Origin: a virus
Taxonomy: Duplodnaviria > Caudoviricetes
Strand: one strand, 5' to 3'
DNA length: 42,508 bases
IMG/VR virus record: IMGVR_UViG_3300010165_000040
Location: 1 to 42,508 of that record
Shown here: positions 28,839-37,318 of the stretch, in pieces
Layout: the number at the start of each line of letters is the position of its first letter
Position numbering within the stretch: position 1 is the stretch's first letter
Program-made: the position numbers and the translations under genes
The notes under the pieces: generated by a model
Database searches by the model: none
The model's input: only the letters and a program-made list of their open reading frames with translations
What the model was told of the DNA's origin: nothing

Positions 28839-29407
28839 TATTTATCCCCCTCGAAAATAGCGTTGGTTTCATTAACGCCTAAGTTATTCCATTCCTCTAT
28901 AGTAGCTTTCCAGTTACTTAAAACATCATCTTTATGATCATGTATTCTATCTATATAAAGAAAATTGTTATTTTTATTGAAATGCCAATATACCTTAGCG
29001 CCTTTGATAAGTTCACTACCTATTATTTTTGCATAATATTTTGGTTCTTCTTCTACTCTGTAACCATTTACTATTGCATCTGCTAGTTTAGGGAAATTAC
29101 CTGTTATATATTCATTCTGTTCTTCTGTCAGTTTCCAAAATGAGTAGTTGTTGCTCTCAAGTACGTCAGACAACGCATATAAACTTGAACTCATAGAGTC
29201 AATTTCTTTATCTACCCACTCATCAAACCATTTTGGCACTACCGCTTTCTCTGGTTCGTCTAATCTTTCTAGTTCATGAACCACCACGTCAGCTATAAAA
29301 TTCTTCCCTCTTTGATACATCCGATGATCTCTTTCGTTTTTAAGTTCATACTCTCCTTTTTCTCTAGGCAAATCTTTTAAACGTTCTATCAATTCCGCTT
29401 TATTCAT
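28838..29407 (-). CDS. DUF1642-like protein
   Basis: KAVVPKWFDEW...AIVNGYRVEEEPKYY. Confidence 0.7.
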   Translation of the reverse strand: MNKAELIERLKDLPREKGEYELKNERDHRMYQRGKNFIADVVVHELERLDEPEKAVVPKWFDEWVDKEIDSMSSSLYALSDVLESNNYSFWKLTEEQNEYITGNFPKLADAIVNGYRVEEEPKYYAKIIGSELIKGAKVYWHFNKNNNFLYIDRIHDHKDDVLSNWKATIEEWNNLGVNETNAIFEGDK

Positions 29408-29958
29408 TCATCCGCCTCCTCAACTTCTCCGTCAATCAGTACAGCAACAGCTTCTGCTTTTTGTTTATTATTAAATTTATATGCAAATGATTTTACTGTA
29501 ATAGAAGGTATGAATGTATTTCTTGGATTTTTTTTAAAATAGAAAAAACCTCTGTCATCTGGATATTTAACTACCCACTTTGGTTCTTCTTCCACTTCAA
29601 CCTCGTAACCGTCCAGCCAAGCTCTGGCGAATAAATCCACTCTTATTTCTTTAAATCCTCCTTTAAAATTCTCATGATGAAGCCACTTTTCAGTTTTACC
29701 TGTTGAATGAAATAAAGCTCCGAATAATGTATGGATGCGTCCTTTACTATCTTCTATCCAATCAGCCACAAACTGCGGAACAACCACTTTCTCTGCTTCT
29801 GTATCTTCTAAAGCATCCACCCAATCAAGTACTTCAACATAAGCCTCTAAGTTCCCGTCAATGACTCCAGTATCATAACCACCAGTGGATGATTCTGCAT
29901 TATCCTTTGCCTGGTTAATCTTCCTTTGGAGAAAATTAACTAATTTTTCTTTATTCAT
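29404..29958 (-). CDS. DUF1642-like protein
   Basis: KVVVPQFVADWIE...FARAWLDGYEVE. Confidence 0.75.
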   Translation of the reverse strand: MNKEKLVNFLQRKINQAKDNAESSTGGYDTGVIDGNLEAYVEVLDWVDALEDTEAEKVVVPQFVADWIEDSKGRIHTLFGALFHSTGKTEKWLHHENFKGGFKEIRVDLFARAWLDGYEVEVEEEPKWVVKYPDDRGFFYFKKNPRNTFIPSITVKSFAYKFNNKQKAEAVAVLIDGEVEEADE

Positions 29959-29982
29959 CTCTTTCCCTCCACTCTCTTTTTA

Positions 29983-30183
29983 TTAGTCATCTACAATCGT
30001 AATGTTGTATTCTCCAATATATGTGTCATACTCTTTCTTCAATTCCGAGTATGTATAGTCCTTATATCCATGAACGCCTTCATAAAGTAGCCTTTTAACA
30101 TCATTAATAGTTAAGTAACTCATACGTCTATCAATAAGAATGTCTTCAATTTCATCTCTTGTATATAACTTACCTACTGCCAT
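29983..30183 (-). CDS. Hypothetical protein
   Basis: 66 aa with AGGAG RBS. Confidence 0.6.
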   Translation of the reverse strand: MAVGKLYTRDEIEDILIDRRMSYLTINDVKRLLYEGVHGYKDYTYSELKKEYDTYIGEYNITIVDD

Positions 30184-30187
30184 TTTT

Positions 30188-30451
30188 TCATTCTCCTATT
30201 CTGTTTAAAAAATTCTCAATACCTTCATTTTTCTTCGGCTTCTCATTTCCAACCCGCACACTCAAGGCTCTATCCTTGAAGTGAACCTTATACACATAGC
30301 CGTGTATTTCTATGTTTTCTGCTTGCTCAGCAAGTTTGATAATGTCAATTGGAGTTAGATTCACATCTTTATAAATAATGCTTCTATCTCCTCTTAAACG
30401 CTGTTTTTCTTCTTCATCTTTGAATGTCCAAAAGGTGTGAAAGTCAGTCAT
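30188..30451 (-). CDS. Hypothetical protein
   Basis: 87 aa, ATGA overlap with upstream gene. Confidence 0.6.
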   Translation of the reverse strand: MTDFHTFWTFKDEEEKQRLRGDRSIIYKDVNLTPIDIIKLAEQAENIEIHGYVYKVHFKDRALSVRVGNEKPKKNEGIENFLNRIGE

Positions 30452-30771
30452 TGTTCACCCTCCATATAAAACTCTCTATCCTGTCTAGCTTCCAACTGAT
30501 TCAGAACATCTGTTTTAACTGTTAACTGTTCATTAGCTTCCATGTTCCATTCTTCCAGCTGCTCAATATCATCTTCATAAGCAGCAATTGCTTCTCTTTG
30601 ATTGTCAATCACGCTGTATAGGTTATGGATCTCATCATCTTTCACATCCACCTCAGACTGAAGCTCTGCTGTAGTGGATGGATTGGTTAAATAGCCTGTA
30701 GCTAGACCGACTGTAGCGAATACGCCCATGACTGCGAATGTGATGGTGAGTGCTTTAAGTAGTTTGTTCAC
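30448..30771 (-). CDS. Membrane-anchored coiled-coil protein
   Basis: N-terminal hydrophobic segment plus coiled coil. Confidence 0.6.
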   Translation of the reverse strand: MNKLLKALTITFAVMGVFATVGLATGYLTNPSTTAELQSEVDVKDDEIHNLYSVIDNQREAIAAYEDDIEQLEEWNMEANEQLTVKTDVLNQLEARQDREFYMEGEQ

Positions 30772-30773
30772 TA

Positions 30774-30974
30774 TTAATCCTCCTCTACCGGGTTCATAAT
30801 GCCTCCTGCATATCTGAGCGTTTCAACAAATGCATCCTTTTGGAAGCTCCTTTCTGTTGTATACATCTTCTTTTCTGTATATAATCTTTCACTCCCATCT
30901 GGTACGTTTAATAAAGAAGTAACGTTTTTAAAAGGAGAAGCTTCAGCGACAATTGATTTCTTTCTGTATTTCAC
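30774..30974 (-). CDS. Hypothetical protein (MKYRKK-start phage family, possibly shortened)
   Basis: GGAGG RBS and GTG start. Confidence 0.5.
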   Translation of the reverse strand: MKYRKKSIVAEASPFKNVTSLLNVPDGSERLYTEKKMYTTERSFQKDAFVETLRYAGGIMNPVEED

Positions 30975-31303
30975 TATAATTTCCTCCTATTCACTCTGCG
31001 CTCTTCTACGAAAATATGTTTCAGCAAATCTCTTTCTCCATTACTAGCAAATATTCTGTATTTTTCAGCAGTCTCTTTATTGGCAAATACTTTTTCTGGT
31101 GAGCCATCTACCATGACTACATAAACGACTTCCTTTTTTCTTTCTTCTTTATGGTTATTTTTCTTATGTCCTGTGTACTGGTCTGGATGCTGCAATCTCA
31201 TCTGCATACCGCTCATTTTGATAACCGTTGGCCACCCCTTCTTCACTTTGAGGATTTCCACCGTGGGTCTGTACTTCTCGCCTTTTTCAAATTCTTTTTT
31301 CAT
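30974..31303 (-). CDS. Hypothetical protein
   Basis: 109 aa, coupled to neighbours. Confidence 0.6.
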   Translation of the reverse strand: MKKEFEKGEKYRPTVEILKVKKGWPTVIKMSGMQMRLQHPDQYTGHKKNNHKEERKKEVVYVVMVDGSPEKVFANKETAEKYRIFASNGERDLLKHIFVEERRVNRRKL

Positions 31304-31515
31304 TCCTCATCCTCCTCATCTAAAAAGACAGTCATCCTTGCATTCTTATAACCTCTTCTTTTGTAAGTCGGTGTTGAATAGAAATAAACGGAATAAGGAA
31401 GGATGTCTAATTCTTTCGCAACCTCTTCAACAGTTCCCATTGCCAGCAAATCATCGCCTTTATATACCGCAACCTCTCGTTTCATTGTTCTTTGACTTAC
31501 TTGAAATCCAGGCAT
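31300..31515 (-). CDS. Small putative DNA-binding phage protein
   Basis: AVYKGDDLLAMGTVEEVAKELDI motif common in Firmicute phages. Confidence 0.6.
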   Translation of the reverse strand: MPGFQVSQRTMKREVAVYKGDDLLAMGTVEEVAKELDILPYSVYFYSTPTYKRRGYKNARMTVFLDEEDEE

Positions 31516-31518
31516 GTC

Positions 31519-32424
31519 CTACCTCCCATTCCTAATCCGCTCTAGCTGCTCTTTGAAATCAACTTCAGCATCTTCATCTACTTCTTCATCATCTTCACTT
31601 GGCTCAGTCCATTTAGGCATGGTTTCTTCTCTAACCGGTTTCTTATAGTTGTTATTCTTTTGTTTATTAAAAGCGACATCTTCAGATTCAACATCTTCTA
31701 TGCTTTTAAATCCTTTTTTAACCCAGTTCTTCATAATGCCCTCTGCATATCTGTAGGACTTTTGGTCTTTAGCAGCCCTGGATAAAGCTTCAATAACCAG
31801 TTCCATACTTAAATCATCAACCCAGTAGCCAATCGATTCTGTCGTGATTGGGTTAAGAACTCCAAAATTCTCTTGATAGAATTGATAAGGATTAGGAGCG
31901 GCGGCTGCATTATTTTCTTTTGCTTCTTTTTTCTCTTCTGTCTCTGTCTCTTGCTCTATATCTTCTCTATCTCTTCTCTTCTCTATCTCTATGTGACCAC
32001 CTTGTGACTTGGTTGTGACATTGTCACGGTTACTCTCATCAATAGTGTTTATTTTTTGCTCTTTAAAGCGCTGCTTACGCTTCCTTCTAGCACTATCTGT
32101 TTCACTCCCAATCATTGAAGCGATATTCGATAAATAAAATTCATTATTGTCATCAGCGAATTCAATTAATTGTTTTTGTGCCAAAAAATTCATAGTAATT
32201 TGTACGTTGTCTTCTTCTTCATCAATATCTAAAGCTATTTCCTCAACAAAATTATCTGCTATACCATCAAAGAATATCTTTCCATCATTTTTTAAACTTA
32301 ATAGCAGCATCTTTAAATAAATGACTGTATAAGTATCGCCACCAGCAATTTTTCTTAACATCTTTATTTCCTTCTGATTAAAGAAATCATCTTTAAGTTT
32401 TAACCAAAAATATTTCTTCCCCAT
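31519..32424 (-). CDS. Replication initiator (replisome organiser N-terminus + DnaD-like domain)
   Basis: KYFWLKLKDDFF..IYLKMLLLSL; FYQENFG..YAEGIMKNW. Confidence 0.9.
   Translation of the reverse strand: MGKKYFWLKLKDDFFNQKEIKMLRKIAGGDTYTVIYLKMLLLSLKNDGKIFFDGIADNFVEEIALDIDEEEDNVQITMNFLAQKQLIEFADDNNEFYLSNIASMIGSETDSARRKRKQRFKEQKINTIDESNRDNVTTKSQGGHIEIEKRRDREDIEQETETEEKKEAKENNAAAAPNPYQFYQENFGVLNPITTESIGYWVDDLSMELVIEALSRAAKDQKSYRYAEGIMKNWVKKGFKSIEDVESEDVAFNKQKNNNYKKPVREETMPKWTEPSEDDEEVDEDAEVDFKEQLERIRNGR
31925..32030. repeat. Probable phage replication origin iterons within initiator gene
   Basis: TGTGAC at 31992, 32003 and 32014 (11-bp spacing), inverted core GTCAC at 32023, adjacent CT-rich tract. 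Confidence 0.65.
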
Positions 32425-32439
32425 CTACTTCACACTTCC

Positions 32440-32928
32440 TTAAAATGGCAAATCATCATCTTGAATATCTATCGAATCATTATTCATTGAACTCTTTGCA
32501 TTAGTATTTTCTTGTGTTGGCTGATTACTTTGACTATTATTTTGATACTTGTTCCCTTGCTGGTTATTATTTGGACTGCCTTGTTTAGCTCTGCGCTCAT
32601 CTGTAACAGACTTAGGCTCTAATAATTGAAAACCTTCAGAGACCACTTCAGTTATATAAACAGTTCGACCTTCGCTATTTTCATAGTTTCGAGTTTGAAT
32701 TCTTCCTGTTACTCCAACTAGTGTGCCTTTAAGAGCAAATTTTGCCACTGTCCCCGCTGTTTTTCTCCAAGCGACACAATTAATGAAGTCCGCATCTCTG
32801 TCGCCCTGGTTGTTTTTAAAAGGTCTTTCTACGGCTAATGTAAAACTGGTTACCGGAATATCGTTCCCTGTATAACGCAGTTCAGGATCTCTAGTGAGTC
32901 GTCCTACCAATGTTGTATTATTAATCAT
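32440..32928 (-). CDS. ssb: Single-stranded DNA-binding protein
   Basis: LVGRLTRDPELRYT, DFINCVAWR, C-terminal DDDLPF. Confidence 0.95.
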   Translation of the reverse strand: MINNTTLVGRLTRDPELRYTGNDIPVTSFTLAVERPFKNNQGDRDADFINCVAWRKTAGTVAKFALKGTLVGVTGRIQTRNYENSEGRTVYITEVVSEGFQLLEPKSVTDERRAKQGSPNNNQQGNKYQNNSQSNQPTQENTNAKSSMNNDSIDIQDDDLPF

Positions 32929-32939
32929 TGAGTCTCTCC

Positions 32940-33887
32940 TTATCTGTACTGTTCTAACAATTCATCTGTACTAACAAAGCTATTTAATGTTTTATGGTGC
33001 TTGCAGTAATCACAAATACCGCAATGTTCTGGTTCCACTTGTCCAGTCTTTACTTGTTCTACTCGTTCAGCATTCTCTGCTACATAGTCCAACTCAAACT
33101 CTACTTTTAATTCATTCGGTTCAATCGCTGCAATATCGGACTCTTTTTCTTTGGTTACAGCGTATATATAGCCTTTGAAGGGTTTCCCATGCTCTTGCTC
33201 TAGTAACTGTTCATAGACCGCCATTTGAGTGATATAACCGTATGCTTCAACGAATGAGACATAACCCTCATACTTGTTGCTCCAAAAGCGCTTATCGAAT
33301 GTTTGAGTGGTTTTTAAGTCTACAAAATAACCTTTATCTACGTTGAGTAAATCAATCTTGCCTTTCCAGTTCACTCCAAATAATTCTCCGGTCACAATCT
33401 TTTCTGGTTCGCCTTGCCATAAAAAGTTAAGAAACGGTTCATCTTTGATCCGGTCAATCATTTGTTCGGCAATTTTGAAGTCTGACAACATAGCCCCTTT
33501 AGGGAGTGGATGCCCTTCATAAGCATCCACTAGTTCGGCTTTCTTCGCTGACTTCTTATATTCAGTACCTAAATTATCTAATCCTGTTTGAAGCTGTTTA
33601 ACAGTTGGCTCTTTAAATAATTGATTATTATTTTCTTCTAAGAAGTTTTCGTGTGCTGCTTTACTTTCAAAATAAGAGTGTACATAATTTCCAACTAATA
33701 AAGCTTTACTAGAAATCCCCTCATCCCACTCTCCTTTTAACTTGGCTAAGGCTGCTGCTTCACATTTCATAAAGTCTTTAAATTGAGATACGGATAAGTA
33801 TTCCCAGTTTGCTTCCTTACTGTAATAATTACTGTCCGTTAGGATTAGTTGTTGATCCATCAAAGAGTTCGACTTGTTCTTCTCCAT
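32940..33887 (-). CDS. RecE-like PD-(D/E)XK exonuclease (DUF3799-like) with HeH/LEM-like insertion
   Basis: SVSQFKDFMKCEAAALA, WKGKIDLL..VDLKT, YITQMAVY, CGICDYC; start MEKNK after GAGGA. Confidence 0.8.
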   Translation of the reverse strand: MEKNKSNSLMDQQLILTDSNYYSKEANWEYLSVSQFKDFMKCEAAALAKLKGEWDEGISSKALLVGNYVHSYFESKAAHENFLEENNNQLFKEPTVKQLQTGLDNLGTEYKKSAKKAELVDAYEGHPLPKGAMLSDFKIAEQMIDRIKDEPFLNFLWQGEPEKIVTGELFGVNWKGKIDLLNVDKGYFVDLKTTQTFDKRFWSNKYEGYVSFVEAYGYITQMAVYEQLLEQEHGKPFKGYIYAVTKEKESDIAAIEPNELKVEFELDYVAENAERVEQVKTGQVEPEHCGICDYCKHHKTLNSFVSTDELLEQYR

Positions 33888-34815
33888 TATTATCTTCCTC
33901 ACTTTCTTCATAGCTTTCAGGAACTGAATCAATGCTTTCTTTAACTGCTGGAGGAATGTCATCCTCATCTACTTCTTCAAAGTCAACCTCTACTGATTCA
34001 GCTTCTTGTGATTCTTTTTCTTCCTCTGGTTTTTCTTCTTGTTGATTAAATTCTTCCAATAAACTATTTGTTTTCTCAGCTTTTGGTTCTTCAGTCACAT
34101 CTTTTCTTCTTTGCTCCTGATCATATTCATTCTCAGTAGTTTCATTGATGGCTTGAGTTAGCATGTCTGAATCATCTGAAGTGTTAATATAGTTCTTCGC
34201 TGCACGATTGATTACTGTACGTTTTGCCATCTCTTCTGGGAATTTGTTATGCACATTTTTAGTTCTTGCTTGTGACCAACTAGCATCAATTTGCTTTTTC
34301 GTCATGGCTGTTAAGAGTTGGCCATCATGGTCGGTATCGATAATGGCATAAGCTCCTACAATGTTGTTATCTTTATTAAAGAAGCTTGTTTTATGGTTCT
34401 GTAATCTTTCTCTCCCCTTTTCATCAATTTCAATTTCAAAATCGTCTCCGTCATAAATCACGTTGGCCCAAATATCATTGACACCATTCAATCGTTTTAG
34501 AACGGCTTGAGTTCCAAAATAAGAACGTTGCATTTGAAGTTCTTGTCCATAAGGGATGAAATAAACTTGATTCTTTCCTGGAGTCAGCCCTTGAAGCACC
34601 ATATTCAATAGTGATTCTTGAATCGACTTCTTGGTTACTACTTCTAGTAATGGTTTTTGTTTTACTTTCATATCTACTAACTGTAAGAAGGCTAAATTCA
34701 AAGCGTTAGAAGCGTTATAATTACTCGGCAGAGCTAAGCCTTCATTTTTCATTTCATCCACTCTAGTGAGGATATTATCCGTAACATCTCGTTGTTTAAT
34801 GATTTCATTCGTCAT
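33829..34815 (-). CDS. recT: RecT-family recombinase
   Basis: GLTPGKNQVYFIPYG, QRSYFG, EEMAKRTVINRAAK. Confidence 0.9.
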   Translation of the reverse strand: MTNEIIKQRDVTDNILTRVDEMKNEGLALPSNYNASNALNLAFLQLVDMKVKQKPLLEVVTKKSIQESLLNMVLQGLTPGKNQVYFIPYGQELQMQRSYFGTQAVLKRLNGVNDIWANVIYDGDDFEIEIDEKGRERLQNHKTSFFNKDNNIVGAYAIIDTDHDGQLLTAMTKKQIDASWSQARTKNVHNKFPEEMAKRTVINRAAKNYINTSDDSDMLTQAINETTENEYDQEQRRKDVTEEPKAEKTNSLLEEFNQQEEKPEEEKESQEAESVEVDFEEVDEDDIPPAVKESIDSVPESYEESEEDNNGEEQVELFDGSTTNPNGQ

Positions 34816-34836
34816 AATTTAAATTTCTCCTTTGTG

Positions 34837-34893
34837 TGGTATAATTAAATTGTTCATTTTGATTAGGAGCGTATTGGCGTACGCTCTTTTTTT
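34837..34893 (+). ncRNA. Candidate short antisense RNA (promoter plus terminator) upstream of recT
   Basis: TGGTATAAT (34837-34845); GAGCGTA-ttggcg-TACGCTC followed by T run (34867-34893). Confidence 0.5.
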
Positions 34894-34922
34894 ATGTTCT
34901 TTAATGTCTTACTTACTCCCAT

Positions 34923-35117
34923 TTAGTACACCTCTTTAAATTCCTTTACTGTCTTAAATATCAAGTAAAGAATGGCTGCATAACCCGGAAGTAAAAACTC
35001 ACCGCCAAAAGTTTCATACCCTCGTCTGATCGTCTCGTAATGATGAATAATAAAAGTTGATATAATCACCGCTGTTTCGATTAGTACAAACCATTTGTGC
35101 TTCAATAAGAATTTCAT
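34923..35117 (-). CDS. Small membrane protein
   Basis: 64 aa, RGYETFGGEFLL motif. Confidence 0.6.
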   Translation of the reverse strand: MKFLLKHKWFVLIETAVIISTFIIHHYETIRRGYETFGGEFLLPGYAAILYLIFKTVKEFKEVY

Positions 35118-35233
35118 TTTTTATTCTTCCCTTCTGTTTCATCATAAAAATTGATATAGTTATCTGTTTTATCGGTATTCAATGCAATCAATAAATACGC
35201 TACTAAAAGAATCAATAATGCTAATACGCTCAT
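35102..35233 (-). CDS. Small membrane peptide (43 aa, not in ORF track)
   Basis: MSVLALLILLVAYLLIALNTDK..., GGGAG RBS. Confidence 0.5.
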
Positions 35234-35439
35234 TACATAGCTCCCCTCTGTTTCGCTGACATATACATCTGTCTGTTCAATACATTCTTTTCGAATTCAT
35301 TTAAATAGATATCCTTTAATGCTATTGCTTTCGCTTCTTTAAATCCTGTGCCTCCAGTGATTAAATTAAGAAATTCATAGTAAATCTCCTGGAGTAATTC
35401 TTGTCTAATGTGCAAGCCCTCACCTCTCTCTAAATTCAT
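35233..35439 (-). CDS. Hypothetical protein
   Basis: 68 aa ORF. Confidence 0.5.
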   Translation of the reverse strand: MNLERGEGLHIRQELLQEIYYEFLNLITGGTGFKEAKAIALKDIYLNEFEKNVLNRQMYMSAKQRGAM

Positions 35440-35614
35440 CTAAACTAACCTCTAATGCATCTGCTATTTTGCACATTTTGCTAAAACCAATGTCTTTATT
35501 TCTTCCTGCCTTAACTTCATAAAGGAAATTCTCACTTAATGAAGCTTCTTTAGTTAATTCAGCTACTGTCCATTTTTTTCTATCCAACTGATATTGAATT
35601 TTATTCCATAACAT
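35420..35614 (-). CDS. XRE/Cro-like HTH regulator
   Basis: WTVAELTKEASLSENFLYEVKAG..IGFSKMCKIADALEVSLDEF. Confidence 0.85.
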   Translation of the reverse strand: MLWNKIQYQLDRKKWTVAELTKEASLSENFLYEVKAGRNKDIGFSKMCKIADALEVSLDEFRER

Positions 35615-35795
35615 TTACTCACTCCTTTGTGGATAACTCACTTTTTTATCAACATGTAGTCGTGAATTATCTCATAACACACATTATATTGTGTTATCTG
35701 CATTTCCTTGATATAATAGTCTTGATATAGATTCCACTGAATAGCCCCGGAGAGCAGTTCATGAATCTAATACAATCTAGAAATGAGGTGTTTAA

Positions 35796-36017
35796 ATGAC
35801 TAACTATCATGTAACTCCAAATAATGATGGTACTTGGAACGTTAAAGGAGCTAAGAAAAAGCGTGCTGATAGTATCCATAATACTCAACAAGAAGCAATT
35901 GACAGATCTAAAAAACTAGCAGTAAAAAATAAATCAGAACAATTTATTCATGGGCGTGATGGAAAAATTCGCGATCGTAATAGTTACGGCACCGACCCCC
36001 ATCCACCAAAGGGATAA
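35796..36017 (+). CDS. DUF2188-family protein
   Basis: HVTPN.DG.WNVK..TQQEAI..IHGRDGKIRDRNSYG.DP.PPKG; GAGGTG RBS; own extended -10 at 35709-35717. Confidence 0.85.
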   Translation: MTNYHVTPNNDGTWNVKGAKKKRADSIHNTQQEAIDRSKKLAVKNKSEQFIHGRDGKIRDRNSYGTDPHPPKG

Positions 36018-36073
36018 CATCAAATAATTGAAACATTCATTATGATTAAATTTACGTGAAAGGTTGTGTAATT

Positions 36074-36280
36074 ATGGCTGAACATTTAAATTCTGAAGAA
36101 ATTGCATTAGAATTAACTAAAGAGACTATTAACCATTACAATCATCGAGTAAACAATAAGTCGACAGGTAGTCATTTAGATGCAAAAAACATCGCACAAT
36201 TCTATCAGTATTACTTAAAAGTGGCGCAATGGGATATTGATTTAACAAAAGCTTTGACTGATAAAAATTCTACTAGATAA
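36074..36280 (+). CDS. Hypothetical protein
   Basis: MAEHLNSEEIALELTKE...; co-oriented with the DUF2188 gene. Confidence 0.6.
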   Translation: MAEHLNSEEIALELTKETINHYNHRVNNKSTGSHLDAKNIAQFYQYYLKVAQWDIDLTKALTDKNSTR

Positions 36281-36406
36281 TTAATTTAAATCTTCTATCA
36301 TTGGTACATGATTATAATTGTAATAATTATTTTCTATCGCTCTTATGACCGCTGCAACGGTTGTAAGGGCGATTGCTATGCCTGTTACTTTTAATACTGT
36401 TTTCAT
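36281..36406 (-). CDS. Small membrane peptide (41 aa, not in ORF track)
   Basis: MKTVLKVTGIAIALTTVAAVIRA..., AGGGTG RBS. Confidence 0.5.
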   Translation of the reverse strand: MKTVLKVTGIAIALTTVAAVIRAIENNYYNYNHVPMIEDLN

Positions 36407-36420
36407 TGATTTCACCCTTT

Positions 36421-36684
36421 CTAAATTAAATGTTTTTCAATAAATTCATCGAGATCAGTTCGCTTTAGTAAATACTTCCCACCAACTTTCGCAATTGGCA
36501 ATCCTTTCCTTAGCCACTTTTCTAATGTCGGATATTCGATATCAGCATAAGTACACGCATTCTTTTTAGAAAAGTACTCTGTTCTAACCGCATACTTCTT
36601 TTCGATTAATCGAACGGTTTGGTCTACTTGTTTATTAATTGATTCAAATATCCGATCTTCAAAATCTTGGCTGACAACTTGCAT
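36421..36684 (-). CDS. Excisionase-like winged-HTH DNA-binding protein
   Basis: YFSKKNACTYADI.YPTLEKW..GLP..KVGGKYL.KRTDLDEF. Confidence 0.7.
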   Translation of the reverse strand: MQVVSQDFEDRIFESINKQVDQTVRLIEKKYAVRTEYFSKKNACTYADIEYPTLEKWLRKGLPIAKVGGKYLLKRTDLDEFIEKHLI

Positions 36685-36698
36685 AGTTAATCTCCCTC

Positions 36699-36899
36699 CT
36701 AAACTTGTTCAATCCTTATTGGTTCATCAAAAACCGGAACATTCGTCTTTTCTTTTTTAAATGCTTTATGTTCATTTGCAGCAGTTACATAAGTGAATGA
36801 AGGGAATTTCTCCATCAACATTCTCCTAGTTTCTGCAAAAATTCCATATGAATAAATCTTTCGTGAAAACATTCCAACGCCCATATATTGTTTAGCCAT
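36699..36899 (-). CDS. Hypothetical protein
   Basis: 66 aa with RBS. Confidence 0.55.
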   Translation of the reverse strand: MAKQYMGVGMFSRKIYSYGIFAETRRMLMEKFPSFTYVTAANEHKAFKKEKTNVPVFDEPIRIEQV

Positions 36900-36904
36900 T
36901 TTTA

Positions 36905-37318
36905 TTAACTCCCTTGTTCTATTAATTCCAGCTGATTATTTAACGATTCGATTTCTATTTTTGTATTGATGCAAGGTTCCCAACGTGCAAGATAATTAAA
37001 TGCATCTTGTCTATATTTCTTAGGCAGCTCATCATATCTAGGAATCCCAAAGCGGTCCTTATAATCATTTTCCATTTCAGCAAACACTTTACGGCTTACC
37101 TTTCTGTACGCTGGAGAATCTTTACCACCTAGCCACTCAATAACTTTCCCTTTTCTTCTTTGGGTTAATTTTCTTTGAATGTTAAAAGGGATCGGTTGCT
37201 CATTCTTTAACTGATTTACATCATCTTCTAACTTATTCAGCCTCTGGATATTCGCTTCAGTCTGTAAAGTTCTTAATTCATCACTCGTCATGTTTTGTAA
37301 GTCATATTGCTTAGTCAT
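36905..37318 (-). CDS. ORF6C-domain protein (antirepressor-associated)
   Basis: LGGKDSPAY..VF...YKDRFGIPRYDELPKK...AFNYL..WEP. Confidence 0.75.
   Translation of the reverse strand: MTKQYDLQNMTSDELRTLQTEANIQRLNKLEDDVNQLKNEQPIPFNIQRKLTQRRKGKVIEWLGGKDSPAYRKVSRKVFAEMENDYKDRFGIPRYDELPKKYRQDAFNYLARWEPCINTKIEIESLNNQLELIEQGS

Noticed and set aside
36020-36036. ATTGAAAC as a solitary CRISPR repeat (RNA anti-CRISPR)
   Set aside because: Only the terminal octamer matches; no repeat-like palindrome upstream.
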